Shown piece by piece: positions 1 to 12,500 of a DNA stretch of 64,000 bases. The position numbers and the translations under genes are program-made. Numbering within the stretch: position 1 is the first letter of the stretch; each line of letters starts with the position of its first letter. The notes under the pieces were generated by a model. It did no database searches. It saw only the letters and a program-made list of their open reading frames with translations, and was not told where the DNA came from. Source of the stretch: Vitrella brassicaformis CCMP3155. Its lineage: Eukaryota; Protista; Chromerida. The DNA is taken from NCBI GenBank assembly GCA_001179505.1, contig CDMY01000376.1, forward strand, positions 1-64,000, in the 5' to 3' direction.

Positions 1-117
1 CCTAAACCCTAAACCCTAAACCCTAAACCCTAAACCCTAAACCCTAAACCCTAAACCCTAAACCCTACACCCTAGACCCTAAACCCTAAATCCTAAACCC
101 TAAAACCCTAAACCCTA
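1..117 (+). repeat. Telomeric repeat array (CCCTAAA)n = TTTAGGG type, left chromosome end
   Basis: Perfect CCCTAAA heptamers from base 1, degenerating proximally (ccctacac, cctagacc, tcctaaa, ctaaaa). The C-rich strand lies at the 5' start, as expected for a left end. Confidence 0.97.
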
Positions 118-151
118 TGGCTTTGCCTTTTGCCTATGGCTTTGCCTTTTG
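114..151 (+). repeat. 19-bp direct tandem repeat (cctatggctttgccttttg x2) at the telomere junction
   Basis: Exact copies at 114-132 and 133-151, overlapping the last telomeric ccta. Confidence 0.85.
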
Positions 152-690
152 GCCGTGGGTCTCTCCTGTGGCCAGAGACGAGGGCCTACGATAAACAAAA
201 AAATATCCGCTTACTAGCGCACGCTGATACCTGTCTGCCTGTCAATGTGTCATGATGGACACACACGAGTGAACCAATGATGGAACGCTTTAATCTCGAC
301 AGCGACATCATCAAAACGGCTTTACAAGTCTTGCACAAGGGCGGGCGGGTGGTGTGTGTGCATAACGTCTGCTTACTGTATGGTTTGTATGCATTCGTTG
401 CTTGGACGGATCGATGCTGCATGTACCTTTGATTGAATGGCTCTGTTATATGCATGAACCATGAAACAATGCAACACAATACTCCTCGTCCTTACACAAA
501 GTGTACGGCCTGATGTCTATCTCCCTACTCTCACTCACATAAGTAGGCACTAAGCACTGAAAGGCGTACGTACGTGGGTGGACTTGCCACAACATGTCTC
601 ACACCGGCCCTCATTGCATGTCGATTGACGTTCAGACATCTCAACTAAGGTCCCCCTTTCGACACCCCTCCTCTGTCAACAGCAGCATTC

Positions 691-3600
691 TCATCTTCCC
701 CTGCCTGCCGCCCACAGAGCTGGCCTTTGAGCTGGCATCATGACTGGCCGCACATAGCCGGACGGCAGCTGTGGGGGAGAAAATAGCGGCGCTGGCATCA
801 TGTGCCCGCGGATCATACTAGGGCGCCCCGATGGGAATGGCCGCGTCATGTGATTGCTATTTGGCTGCACGATGGGAGGCCGCACGGATACTCCCGCTGC
901 TTGTGGGGGCAAGGCCGGCTGGGTGATGGCGGCGTGAGGGGGCTGGTGGTGAGTGTCTTGAGCGAGGACGCTTTCTCTTGGCTGGTGACCACCACTGTCA
1001 CCGTCAGCTATTGTTCTTTCCGGACTATCGGCAGGGCAGCTGTCGAGCAGCGCTCGGGAAGAGTCGTATCTGAAGAAACCCCGTTTGGAAAGTACCGTGT
1101 CTTGGCTGCACGTGTGTCTCACATTGCTCACCTCTTGCTGTGCTCCGTGAGATACCGATCCAGCTGAGATACAATGAAAGCTGCCCCAGACAGACAGACA
1201 GACAGACAGACACAGATAGACAGAGACACATCTATGAGACATACATATTTCTGTGCCTCCTCGTCTCTTTTGTCCGCATACTTTGCTCGTACAGGACATT
1301 AAAGATACTCTCAATCCTATTCAGGCAACTTTCCACGGCCGCCTGTGCGTCGTCCCCTTCCGTGCCTGCAGCAGCAGCAGCAGCTGCTGCTGCTGCTGCA
1401 GGAGTCGCCCTGCCCAGCAGCTGGTCGAATATCTGCACGTCTGCCATGATGGCGGAGGCGATCGACAGCAGCTCCGCCTCGCTGGTCGACAGCTCGGCGC
1501 AGATCTGGCGTGCCGCCGTGATGAGGGCGTGGTAGCTCCTCAGCAAAAGGTCCAGAGAGGAGGGCTGAATGAGAGTTGTGGGCAGATGCACAAGGAGCTG
1601 CTGCTGCTCCATTGTCTGGACGTGCACGTTGACTCCGGCGGGTCTGCCGGACTCTTCGACGGCTTCTTTCTCTTCTGCTGTGGCGAGCATTTTGTCAAAG
1701 ATCTTCTCGAGAATGGAAGACAGCGGCAGAGGCTCCGTGGATGCTACCTCATGGCCGCTTCCATCTTTCAGCTGAGCTGCAACCTGCTTGATACGATCTG
1801 CAGATACACAAAGGGGGTGAGGTGATGGAAGTTGTCAGGCCATGTGTGTCCGCCCACCCACCTGCCATGTTCTCGTCCTGTGTCTTGGTCCTGTCATAGA
1901 GCCTGCCCAGCACTTCCCCCACCGCCTCCACCACAGTCTTGGCGCCCTGATCATCCTCACCACCCCGGCCCTCTCCCTCTGTCGTCGTTGGCCCGCCCGG
2001 CACGAAGGACTCCGTGTCGGTGACAGCTCGGAGCGGCCGTGAGGATGACCGGCCAACGGCTGCCCGTGTCACCACTGTCCCTTGGGCCAACTCCTGCGAT
2101 ATGTGGAGTTGGCTTCTTCTTCTCTCCACCTCCTGCCGCTTCTTCTTCTGGTCCACAAGGGCCTTCTGTACCTGGTCCTGAGCAACCATCGAGGTTGAGG
2201 CACCATTCTCATATGTGTATCCTTTCGAGCTCACCGTGAATATGTTCATGAGCGCAAACGAAGTCCTCCTGCCCTGTTCGCCGCCGCCGGCGGCCGCTGC
2301 TTGGTCTGGTTGGTTTGTTTGGTCTGCAGTCTCGACGCCACCGATCCTGACCGTCTTGGGTGTAGCCCCCTCCTTCTGTGCAAGGACTCCGTGCTCTGTC
2401 CACCTCCTGACTCCTGTAGGTACTGCAGCGGCTGGAAGGCCTGTTGGTGGTGCAGCGGAAGGGAGCCTGTCGGGGGGCTCGATGGCAGGCACATCTGCCC
2501 GGGATTGGCGCAGCGGGCTGGGCACGACTTGCCATGAGGCGACCGACTCCCTGGGCACCATCTCCCAGGAGACCAACGAGTCAAGGGTGTCCCGCCTGTC
2601 GACTGCTGCGTCATCCGGCTGTGTTTGTGGGAAAAAAGGAGTGGAGGGGGAAGAGATGGGTGGCCGAGGGGGTGCGCTCTGGACGGTCGATGACCGGATG
2701 TTCCTTCGGGACGCAGCTGCGGGTGGGCTGAATGTCTGCATTTGTGGGCTCTTCGGCACAGGAAGCTCTTCCATTGAATGAACCACACTGTAATGAAGCA
2801 CAGAGACACAGGCCGGCAGGCGTGTGTTGCCCGTTGCGTTTGTGTGTGTGCGTTGCAAACACTGATGCGGATCTGGCGGCCTTCTTAATGTTGCTCTCCA
2901 TCTGTGTGAGTTCCATGTCGGCCTGGGCTGAACGCACCATTTGCTCAAAGCGCTGGATGCTCCAGCCCTCTGTGTCTCCTGCAGCAGTTTCGCCCTTGTG
3001 CCGCTTCCTGTCGTCTGCTCGTCCCCTGCCGGCAGTGGTGGGGGAGGTCTCGCTGGCGCGTGTAATGGTTGAGCTGCGCTTTAGCTGCTCCCTCTGCTGA
3101 GTGGTCTTCTCTTTACGCCGCTCCTCGACGAAGAGCTTCATGGCCTGCATTTGGGGGATGGCAGAGGCAGCAGGTAGGTGACATTGTGGTGTGGTGCCTA
3201 CCGCTTCTGCCTCCAGCCACACTTTTGCTTTGATGTCAGCCACGCTGGCTTCCAATTCGACGAGTGAGACTTGCATCCACGGGTCGGACTCAAGGGGACC
3301 CTTCTCCCACACACCCTCCTCACAATACTCCTGAATGTGAGACGGGACAAAACATGTATGTGCTCCGGAAGATGGCGTGCGTCTGGTGTATGTATGTTTG
3401 TGCATACGTGGTAAGCGTTTCTCATAAGGTCGAGCCTGGAGAGGAACTCGACGGTGTCCCACATGCACACGGGCTCCACCATTCCCTCTTCGCTGTGGCG
3501 CGACAGACGAACAACTATCGCAGGCGCATCATCCTGACATAACATACATTGATCATCCTGACATTTGCTTGTCAGACGAGCACCGAGTAGTCAAATGGGT

Positions 3601-6600
3601 CGCTGAGCACTCGGGCGGTCATGCTGCGGAGAGAGAAACACGATTCAGTCACTGTGTGCTTTGTCTCCTTCATTCACCTGAGCCTGTCTTCGCTGCGCAT
3701 CTCCTGTGTGATCTCGTTGGCCTCGTCCACTGTCAGCGGGGCCAGACGCAATACATATACACTCCGGTGCTGCCCGTTTCCTACCACTTACCCAGTGCGA
3801 TGATCTCCTTGAACCGCTCGAGGAATGACTGCGCTTTCTTGAACCCAATGCGATCCTGCCAAGGCGCAAGGAGCATACAAACGTGCAGCTTTCTCACTAG
3901 CTCAGCTCACCTGCAGCAAGTTAGCGTATTCGACGGCTCTGCTGACTGCCGTCTCATCCACCAATATCTCACTCAACACCTGACACACACACCAAAGACG
4001 TTTCCATGATGCCGGCCGTTCTTACCGACTCACCTTGGACATATCGACAGCGTCTTCGCCCTCCTCGCTGCCATCGTCCCTCCTCGCTACTTGTGTCGGC
4101 GATTCAGCAGCGGCCGCGATGGCGGATGGGATGATGACGCGGAACACAAAGGCGCGGCCGATGACGATGCGATCGTGGTTGCGCAGCAAGTGACGCACGC
4201 CTTTGGGGACGACCCTGCCATTCACCTGTGCCACACACACAAACCCATTCATACATGTCCTGATCTCTCTCCTCCACCCACCCACCCATTCACCATGACT
4301 TTGGCGTCTTCAGGTATGAGTGTCAGTCGTGTGTTGGCGTCATTGACGATCCGGCATGACATGAGGTGCAGCCCCAAGCCACGCAACACGATCGTGGCGT
4401 CCTCTGCTGTGCCGATGGTGGTGCCCTGGGTGGTGTCGACGTCCTCACCCGGGGCTTCAGGTTTGATGAAATACATGAGAGTGCCGCATAACATCGGGTC
4501 GTCGCTGATGTTCTGTTTCACCACGCACACTCACAGTGGTCGGTGGCTCTCTCTCTCTGTTTCTCTCTGTGTATGTGTGGCTGACAAGTAGGTAAGGCAT
4601 GTCTCCGAAAGGGCTAGTGAAGGCCACACCCACCCCTCCACCGCCAGACGGGCCAAGACCCAGCTCCTGCAGCAGATGAAGCTGACGAGACGCCAAATCA
4701 GCCGCCTCCTTCTCCTGACCACACACAATACGCAATGGATCACATCGTATGTGCCTGCAAAGCCAACCCACCGCGTCTCCCGCTTGGAGTTTGTTGACGA
4801 GTGTCTCCCTGTTGCGCAGCTCATTCCTCATGTCGGCCAGCATGGGCAGCTCACCGCCAATGGCGGTGGTCTTCTTGGCGTCCTCCAGCTGCTGCCGAAG
4901 CTGAGCTATCTCGCTCTTTAGGTCGGCCACGAGCTTGTCGCTCTCGGTCACGTTGAGTTTGGGCTTGTTGGTGATCTTCTTGACACGAGTGGCAAAGCGT
5001 AAGGTTGAGAGGGTCTCTGAGACGTTGGAGAGGGCAGGGGAGATGCATGCGATCATGCAGGTGCGAGAATTGCCGCCAAGTGAGTCGCTGATGGGGAAAT
5101 TGGGGGAGAATAACGTATTGAGTGTGTCTCTTGTTTGTGGCGTGGGTGTACCTGAGTATGTATGTGAGCTTGCTGTTTCGGTAAGGGATGTGGATCGATG
5201 TGGCACCCACATTCACGACGGCTTTGCTCCGCTTCAAGGACGGTCGACTGAACACACACAGAGTGATAAATCAAGGCCATCATTGATGCACCCTGTTTGT
5301 ATGTCTGGTACCCCGGCGCCAGCGATGGTCGTTTCGGCGATCCGGTGGTCTTGCTATCCCTTTCCTGCTGCTCCTGCATCTCCGCCAATCGGCTTATCAC
5401 CATACCCAGCGTCGTGAGTGACTAGAGTACACAGGTATTTGACAGGTATTTGACCTTGGTGTATGGTTGGTTAGGATGGTATTTGACCTTGTTGATGAAG
5501 GAGCCCTCCACCTGCCGCTCGCCACCCGTTTTGCTCTTCTCCGTCCGCTCGCTGCCCGCAAGATCGATGATGTGCAGCCTCGCAAACTTGGCGACACCCT
5601 TCTTGCGGTCACGAGGAATCTATGTGAGTTACAGGGAGAAAGCAATCAATGGGTGTGTGGCTTTGTCAAAGCTGTGGGGCCTCACTTACCTGTTGAACGG
5701 TGAGAGTGAAAACGGTGTGGCTTCTGGATGACATGGCGTTCAGATTGGTGGCAGACACCGTCCGCTTCTTCGAGCCAAATTGGAGTAGACGGTCCACATC
5801 CTGAGTGTAGCATGATGCATCCGTCGGACATCCCTGCACACGTGTCCTATTCTTACATCATATGTCTTGACGGCGGGTTCGGTGAGCTCGGGAATGTACA
5901 CACCGAACACGGGATGGCTGTAGATGTCCAGCACGGGCGGTGCGGCAGCCAAAGGGCCACTCGCAGGCTTGTCGGGGCTGAGCAAATCGTGCAGACGCTC
6001 GTTGTAGATCTCTGAGCACACGAGACACAAATCGATAGATACATAGGTATACGTGTCTCGATCGTTTGTGCATTTTATTGGTGTACGTATATGCATGTAT
6101 ACCTAGGTAGGATGCCTGCACTTTGCACTCGTCCGTGCAGCTGGGGTCTCCCCTGCTGAACGCCTCGTTCTGTGCCTCCACGCGCTCAAAGAGAGTCTTG
6201 CACACGCGCGGCAAGATACCCGGATTGGAGGGGGGACCGAGGATGGTGAAGCTCTTGCCTGCATGTATGCGTACAGAAGAAATTGCCAAAATCGCGTTGT
6301 GCGGTGTCAGGGATGACCTGCGCTCGTCTGGCCATATGCAAAGATGGTCCTGCACAGATCCATTGACTATGCAGGGTTGCCGTGTCCAGGTGTGAATGTG
6401 TGCTTACGCGTTGTATCCACCCAAGGCATTGTCGATGAGCTCCGCGCCGAGGTTGTCATACACATCATGCTGCTCAACACTGACGGGAAAGATGGGAGAC
6501 AACGAACAAGTAACAAGGCCCCAATACCTCTCCCTCCCTCCCGCTCACGATTCGTCCAACACGTGGTCGAAAGTGAACCGATTCTCTCCGTCGCCGCCAA

Positions 6601-6796
6601 ATGAGACAGCCGCCCCACCCACAGCCAGGAGGGGCAGACCGCCGCCTTCATCCACAGGGGCGCCCTCGTGCTGGACAACGAGCGTCGTCGAGTCGTCGCT
6701 GATGGCGATGCAGTTAAGGTCCTTGAGCTTTTTCTCACGCTGGTTGAGCGGCCGAACCCTCACGGCGACCTTGATAGTGCTCGTAGACGGAGCCAT
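691..6796 (-). CDS. Kinesin-3 family (KIF1/Unc-104-like) motor with FHA domain and long tail; multi-exon
   Basis: Spliced motifs: IKVAVRVRPLN, NRFTFDHV, IFAYGQTSAGKSF (P-loop), SYLEIYNERLHDLL, NAMSSRSHTVF (switch I), LHIIDLAGSER (switch II), INKSLTTLGMVISRLAE, HIPYRNSKLTYIL/DSLGGNSRTCMIACISP, ETLSTLRFA. FHA region PYLLNISDDPMLCGTLMYFI...VMVNGRVV...LRNHDRIVIGRAFVFRV; KIF1-like WDTVEFLSRLDLMRNAY. Assigning the low-complexity tail exons down to 691 is inferred. Confidence 0.9.
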
Positions 6797-7067
6797 GGCG
6801 AACCCGTCTTCCGTGGGGGCGGTGGGGGTCTCCGTGCATGTCGAGCTTGCACCTCGCTAAACGTAACGTTAAACACAATAACCAACCAACCAACCAGGCT
6901 GACATAGATGATGTTTCTGGGAAGTGCGTATGCTCGTATCGGTTCTTCGTGTAGCTGTGGTGGACCTGCTGCTGGGATATCTGCCAATTCAAGCTCACTC
7001 CTCATTCATACTACCTCTCTCCCTCTCCCAACGGCGCCCGGCACGGCGGTTGCATCTGCCCACCACC

Positions 7068-8932
7068 ATGGCTGAGCGCTATCCCCTGCGCCACCGCTCG
7101 ACCTCGTTATCTCTTCTCGCAGCCAGCACGGAAGGCGCCCAAGCATCAGCCGATGTGCCAGCTGATCAGCTGATGGATGACGCCGACGACAATGCGCCTC
7201 TGCAGAGAGCGTACCGCAGCAAGATCAAGGTGAAGGCGTCTGTGAGAGGGCAGTCTGCCGCTGTGGATATGGAGGGGCAGGTGGATGATGGGGATGTAGG
7301 AGGGGGTGAGGTGCCGTCGCGTGTGTCTGTCAAGAGGAAGAGGCGGCAGCGGGTGGCTGTGTCCTATGAGGATGGAGAAGGCGAGCGGCAGACTGTGGCG
7401 CCACCAGACAACTTTGAGGAGATTTGGGATGGTATGCACTCCCTGATGTAGCAGATTCATTCTGTGTGGTTTGCGTGTGCCCATGCAGGTGTGTCTGAGA
7501 TGCGGAAGGCCCGCAATGCGCCTGTGGATCACTTCGGCATCGAGTGCTGCGGTACGTCGACACACATGTCCACTACCCTCACCAAGGTCGCACCTGTCCT
7601 CCTTGATGATGGCTGATGCAGGTGACCGTTCACAGCCGCCCCCGATATGGGTACGCACCCTCTCCTCACCTCACCCCACCCCATCTCACACGCCACTCAC
7701 ATGCACAAGGGACGAGGCTGACGTCTTTTCTCTGCTGCGGCTCTTTGCAGCGGTTTCAGACCTTGATAGCTGCGATGCTCTCCTCGCAGACCAAAGACGA
7801 ACACGTAGCAGGTGGGCGAGGTGGGAGGGAAAACACAGAGGGGCGCCAGTGTGCATGCGTGCGAATGCGCGTGTGTGTGTGTTTCCAGCTTGCATGAACC
7901 GGTTGAAGGCGCACGGGCTGACGGTGGAGAACATCCTCGCAACGCCAGATGGTACCAACAGCGGACGCCATTAACACAGAGCACACTGACAATGCCCTCC
8001 CTTCCATGTCTTTGTTATTGGTGTGCAGATGCGCTGAAGGAGCTGCTGTATGGTGTGGGCTTTCACAATAACAAAGCGAAGTGAGCCACCACACCACACC
8101 CACAGACATCAACCAACGTCAGGAACACACCCTCTGTGTTGTCTGATGGATGGATGTATTTATGCAGGTACATCCGTCAGGTGTGTGAGATCTTACAGCG
8201 TGACTACGGCAGTGACATCCCCTCCACCACCGAGGGGCTAGTGGCTCTGGTGGGGGTGGGACCAAAAATGGCACACATCATCCTGCAGGCGGTCAGTGAG
8301 ACAGGAAACAAGCCTCTCAGTTCATTCATTCTCTGTGCTGCCTTCATGTCCATCAGTGTTTCGACAAATCGGATGGCATCGCAGTCGACATCCACGTGCA
8401 TCGAATCGCCAATAGGTGACTGACTCATGGACGGACAGGATGAACAACCAACCACCCCACCCACCCACCGCACCCCTCTTGCTGCTTTTGTCTGTCTGCC
8501 AGGCTGCGATGGGTCAAGACCAAGACGCCTGCACAAACCCAGTCGGCGCTGGAGTCATGGGTCCCCACGGAGAAATGGAGGGAAATCAATCCGCTGCTGG
8601 TGGGCTTCGGACAGCAGATCTGCCTGCCCGTCGGGCCCAGGGTGAGCGCATGACCTGCTGATTGACAAAAGGATGGATGGCTGCACATGGATGCACATGG
8701 ATGCACAACACACCGACCGTGGCTGGGCTGCCTCTCTGCGCCTGTGTGTGTTCATGTGTACGTACAGTGCGTTGAGTGTCTCATCCGTCCTCTATGCCCG
8801 GAGGGCAGACGTCTCAAGGGGGCCCCGGTGACAGAGGGGAATGGCGGTATCGGCACTGCGGCTGATGATAATGGTGTGTATAGGGGTCGATCCAAGAACG
8901 AGCCACTGCGCTTGAGCAAAGGGGATGAGTAG
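7068..8932 (+). CDS. NTH1: Endonuclease III homolog (HhH-GPD DNA glycosylase/AP lyase with 4Fe-4S cluster); multi-exon
   Basis: [35 protein letters not shown], HhH motif [12 protein letters not shown] with catalytic Lys, [14 protein letters not shown] with catalytic Asp, and the Fe-S motif [17 protein letters not shown] across an intron. Confidence 0.95.
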
Positions 8933-9552
8933 TGATGGCTCACGGATGGGTGGGTTGGTGGGCGGGGGTGCGTGTCCATGGTTTTTATGGACGTCTGTAC
9001 AGACGATGACTGGCTGTGTGGTGTTGAATTGCGTTTCTGACTTGCCGTCGGATGCATTTTGGCGGGTTTTCCTCCACTCGCTGTTGCGGCTGGCGGGCAG
9101 CATCACACACCAGGCGTGCGCCGGCAGGAGTGAGCGAATAAATGATTGCCATGTACGTATGTATGCGACTGAGAGCAATCGTGAGGTACTCGGGCAATTC
9201 ATGACGTTGACGTGCACGTCATACACATGCATGGTGTCCGCACACTCATCCATCCATCCATCCATCCAATACACACCCACGAAAGACTCGACTTAGCAAC
9301 GCGCGAACAGCTCCCACCCCAACAAACCAGCAAACGTCCCAATGAAACATGTCCAGCATGCAGCTGCAACAGTGAGCAGACGAGCAATGCATCAATGTCG
9401 ATGGGAAAAGTGCCAAATATAAAATGTAAGCAGCGATTTCAGCATGACGTCTTCAAGTCGTCCAGATCCCGCATTGAAACCCGAAAGAGACACTGAGATA
9501 GCGCCACAGAGATAGCAACTCCCACAACAGTGATGTCTCTGGTGTTTGTTTG

Positions 9553-12500
9553 ATGGCAGACGCAGAGACAAAGGAACAAACAGGACTGCCGTCTTCATGG
9601 TGCACGCCGTTTCCCACCTTGCTCCCACGAACCCGTCGGGGGAGCCGCAGATGTGGTGGGGGCTGGTTGGGTCGCGAACGGGAGTCCATTTTTTATCCAC
9701 AGAGTGCCCACACATGGTCGGCCGCATTCCACATATCAGCCGTACGTAGACTTACCGAGCGAGAATATGTCGCTGTGCGGGAACCATCGGGCTGCTGCAG
9801 GAGCTCTGGGGGGAGGTCGTGCATGGCCATCTTCGAAACATCAACACTGCGAGATACATGCAGCCAGCGGTGTGTGTGTGGTGGTGCCCCCTTTGGTCTC
9901 GTTCTTACATCCATCCTGCTTTGCTTGGCTGAAGTCCGCCAGACTGGGCGTGTAATACAGCTCTCGTGTTTCTATGTGAGCACCTTGACACCACTGACGG
10001 GGCCATACACGAATTAAGGCGCTGCACACATCATTCAACGACTCCACTGGTGGCATGCATTGATGGCCTGGATGAGCGGTGGACTTCGCCATCACACCCC
10101 ACCTGACGTGCACGAGCCCGCCACCCACCCACAGGAAGAAGAGCAGTGACGGCTTTGCTCTGTGTACTTACTTTTCGTCCAGTAAGTGTGTGAACCACCA
10201 CGAACCGATGAACGGGCACGATCTGGTTGCTGGTGTTGGTGATGGTGCGGATCGCCCGGTGACGCATGCAGCCAGTTGGCGCCTAGACCCACCTGCACCA
10301 CATACACGTACACAAAGAGATGGGGACGGACAGACGGTCTCCGGCAGGCTGTCCCTTGCGGGAAGTGTCTTGGTGTGAAGACCGCACAGCAACGAGGCAT
10401 AAAAATCCACGCCGGCCTCCTTTCTGTGTGTATGAATCCTCACCTGTCCCTTGCCTACAGTGGTCACTCCGTATCCTCTCTTCTTGAGCATAGCTGCACA
10501 ATGCTTACAAACGCCAGCGTTATGCAGAAAAGCCGCCCGCCCAATGCCCCCGCAGGAGCAGGTCGTTCATCCAGTCCACCACTGGCACTGCCAAGCAGGG
10601 GCGACCTTGGCGAGGACAGCCAGGCAGCTCCTGCCCACCGCGTGGCAGATGGGGCCGAACCCTCCGCGAACGCCGTCAGCGGATGCGCAGCGCATTGTAG
10701 ATGCCGCCGACCCAGCCGGCAGGTCGCTGACACGTATCTTGTCGAAATTGACCACAAATCTGCAATTTTTGACCACAAATCTGCAAGTTGTCTCCCGTCT
10801 CCCGTCTCGACGGGCCCCCTTGAAGTGCCCACAAACAAGGAAATGAACCCCGAAGAGCCATTGTGGTACTGGGAGCAGCTGTGGATGCTCTGCGGCGAGT
10901 AAGACACATCCATGCTGACCGTCATGACATGCAGATTTTCGTCGGCGGTTGGTGCCATGATGTTGGTGCTGTTGCGTTGTTTGGATGTGCAGGTGGCTGT
11001 GGAGGCCCTGTTGGATGGTCCTGGATGTGATCAGTGAGGTCCTCCTCATTCTGAGGAGGCCTCCAGACTTCCGACAGGGAGTACTGAAGCCACGCAGGCA
11101 CGATCTGCGGCTTCATCTGGACCAATTCGGGGGTAAGAGAGAATTCACGAGCATACGGCCAATTCATCAGTGAGACGCCATGTGTGTGTGGTTGGCAGAG
11201 GTCCAATGGATGCACACAGAGGAGAGCCAGGACAAGTGGCTGAGGGTAAGAGCAAGGGGAGGCGGCGGTTTCAGGCACTCATCGCCGTCTCCTTCTGTGT
11301 GCACAGATAGTCTTCTCTGATGCCCACTCATGCCCAGTCCCGTCCTCACCACGGCAGTCAGCCGATGGAAGAGCTGAGGAAAGCAAGAGCTCATCCTCTT
11401 TTTCACGCGACAAGGAGGCCGTCGCCAGGAGAGCCTGGCAGACACCACGGCCTGGGAGTGGAAGGGCAGCGGTGAGACACCAAGCCAGAATGAACGCGCG
11501 GCAAGCACAGTCCCCCCATAGGATGATGGAAATGATCTTCTGCTTCTGGTCGCCTGAGGCGGCTCAGCACTGGGTAGGGAGGAAGGAATCAATGGCATTC
11601 TCATCTCCGAATGTGTGTCTCTCTCTGTCTCTTTGACATTTCAGGAGTCTGTCCTGCTCAAGGCTGCCGCCCCGTATCTCCGCTCTGACCTGAAGCGGCC
11701 TGCCCTGACCCTGCCCCTCCTGCAGGCATGTCCCTCTCTCGCCGACGAGCCAGCAGTCCCACCGAATGAAGAGCACTCGGACTCTCTCGGTGTCTCCTTC
11801 TGGGACCGCACAGAGGAAGGCCCGCCGCCATCCCTCTGCACCTGCATGTTCTTCCCTTGCCACGGGTGGCGGCTGAGGTGGCTATTCGGGAGGAGACAGG
11901 GCGATCCGGGATGGGCGTGTGTGGAAAGGAAGGACCGCCGGTTCTCTGAGGCTGTGAGGAGGACTGCGGAGTACTGCTCATGGCCGGCAGAGCAGCAGGA
12001 GCTGTATTGCCGCCTGTATGAGGCCCTCCTTCCTATGCTGAGATGCCTCAGGACAGCGGAGATCCGGAAGAAGAGGAAAAGGGGGCGTCGGTCGTGGCTG
12101 CTGTGGTGGGGGTGGTCATGGGGACAGAAAAAGAGGAGGCGCTTCTCGCTCTCGGAAAAGAAGACCGCGGCTGATAGCCAGGACGTTGCCACATCGCCCT
12201 CCCATCTCACAGCATCGACCACCGCCCCCGAATCCGCCGTGTCTCCAACAAACAGCAATGACACCAATGACAGCAAGCAGCCACCTTCGCCCCCCCTACC
12301 GGCACCCACCCCCGCCCCACCGACGCGTTTGCCGGCCGCCCCTGCTGGCCTGGCGTTAAGGGAGCTGCTCCCCATTCCCCTGGAGCGAGCCAAGAGCGAC
12401 CATCTGCTGCGCTCGAGTGCGTCGGCCAGGCCTGAGGGCCATCCCGCGAAGACTCTGTCGCAACTGGGTGTGGCGTCACGGAAGTTCACGGCCAGCAGCA

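Noticed and set aside
186-479. 97-aa ORF next to the telomere
   Set aside because: No motif or coding bias. Most likely the kinesin 3' flank.
6255-6345. Kinesin P-loop GQTSAGKS differs from GQTGSGKS/T
   Set aside because: Still fits GxxxxGKS, similar to the GQTSSGKT variants in other kinesins. No sign of inactivation or pseudogenisation.
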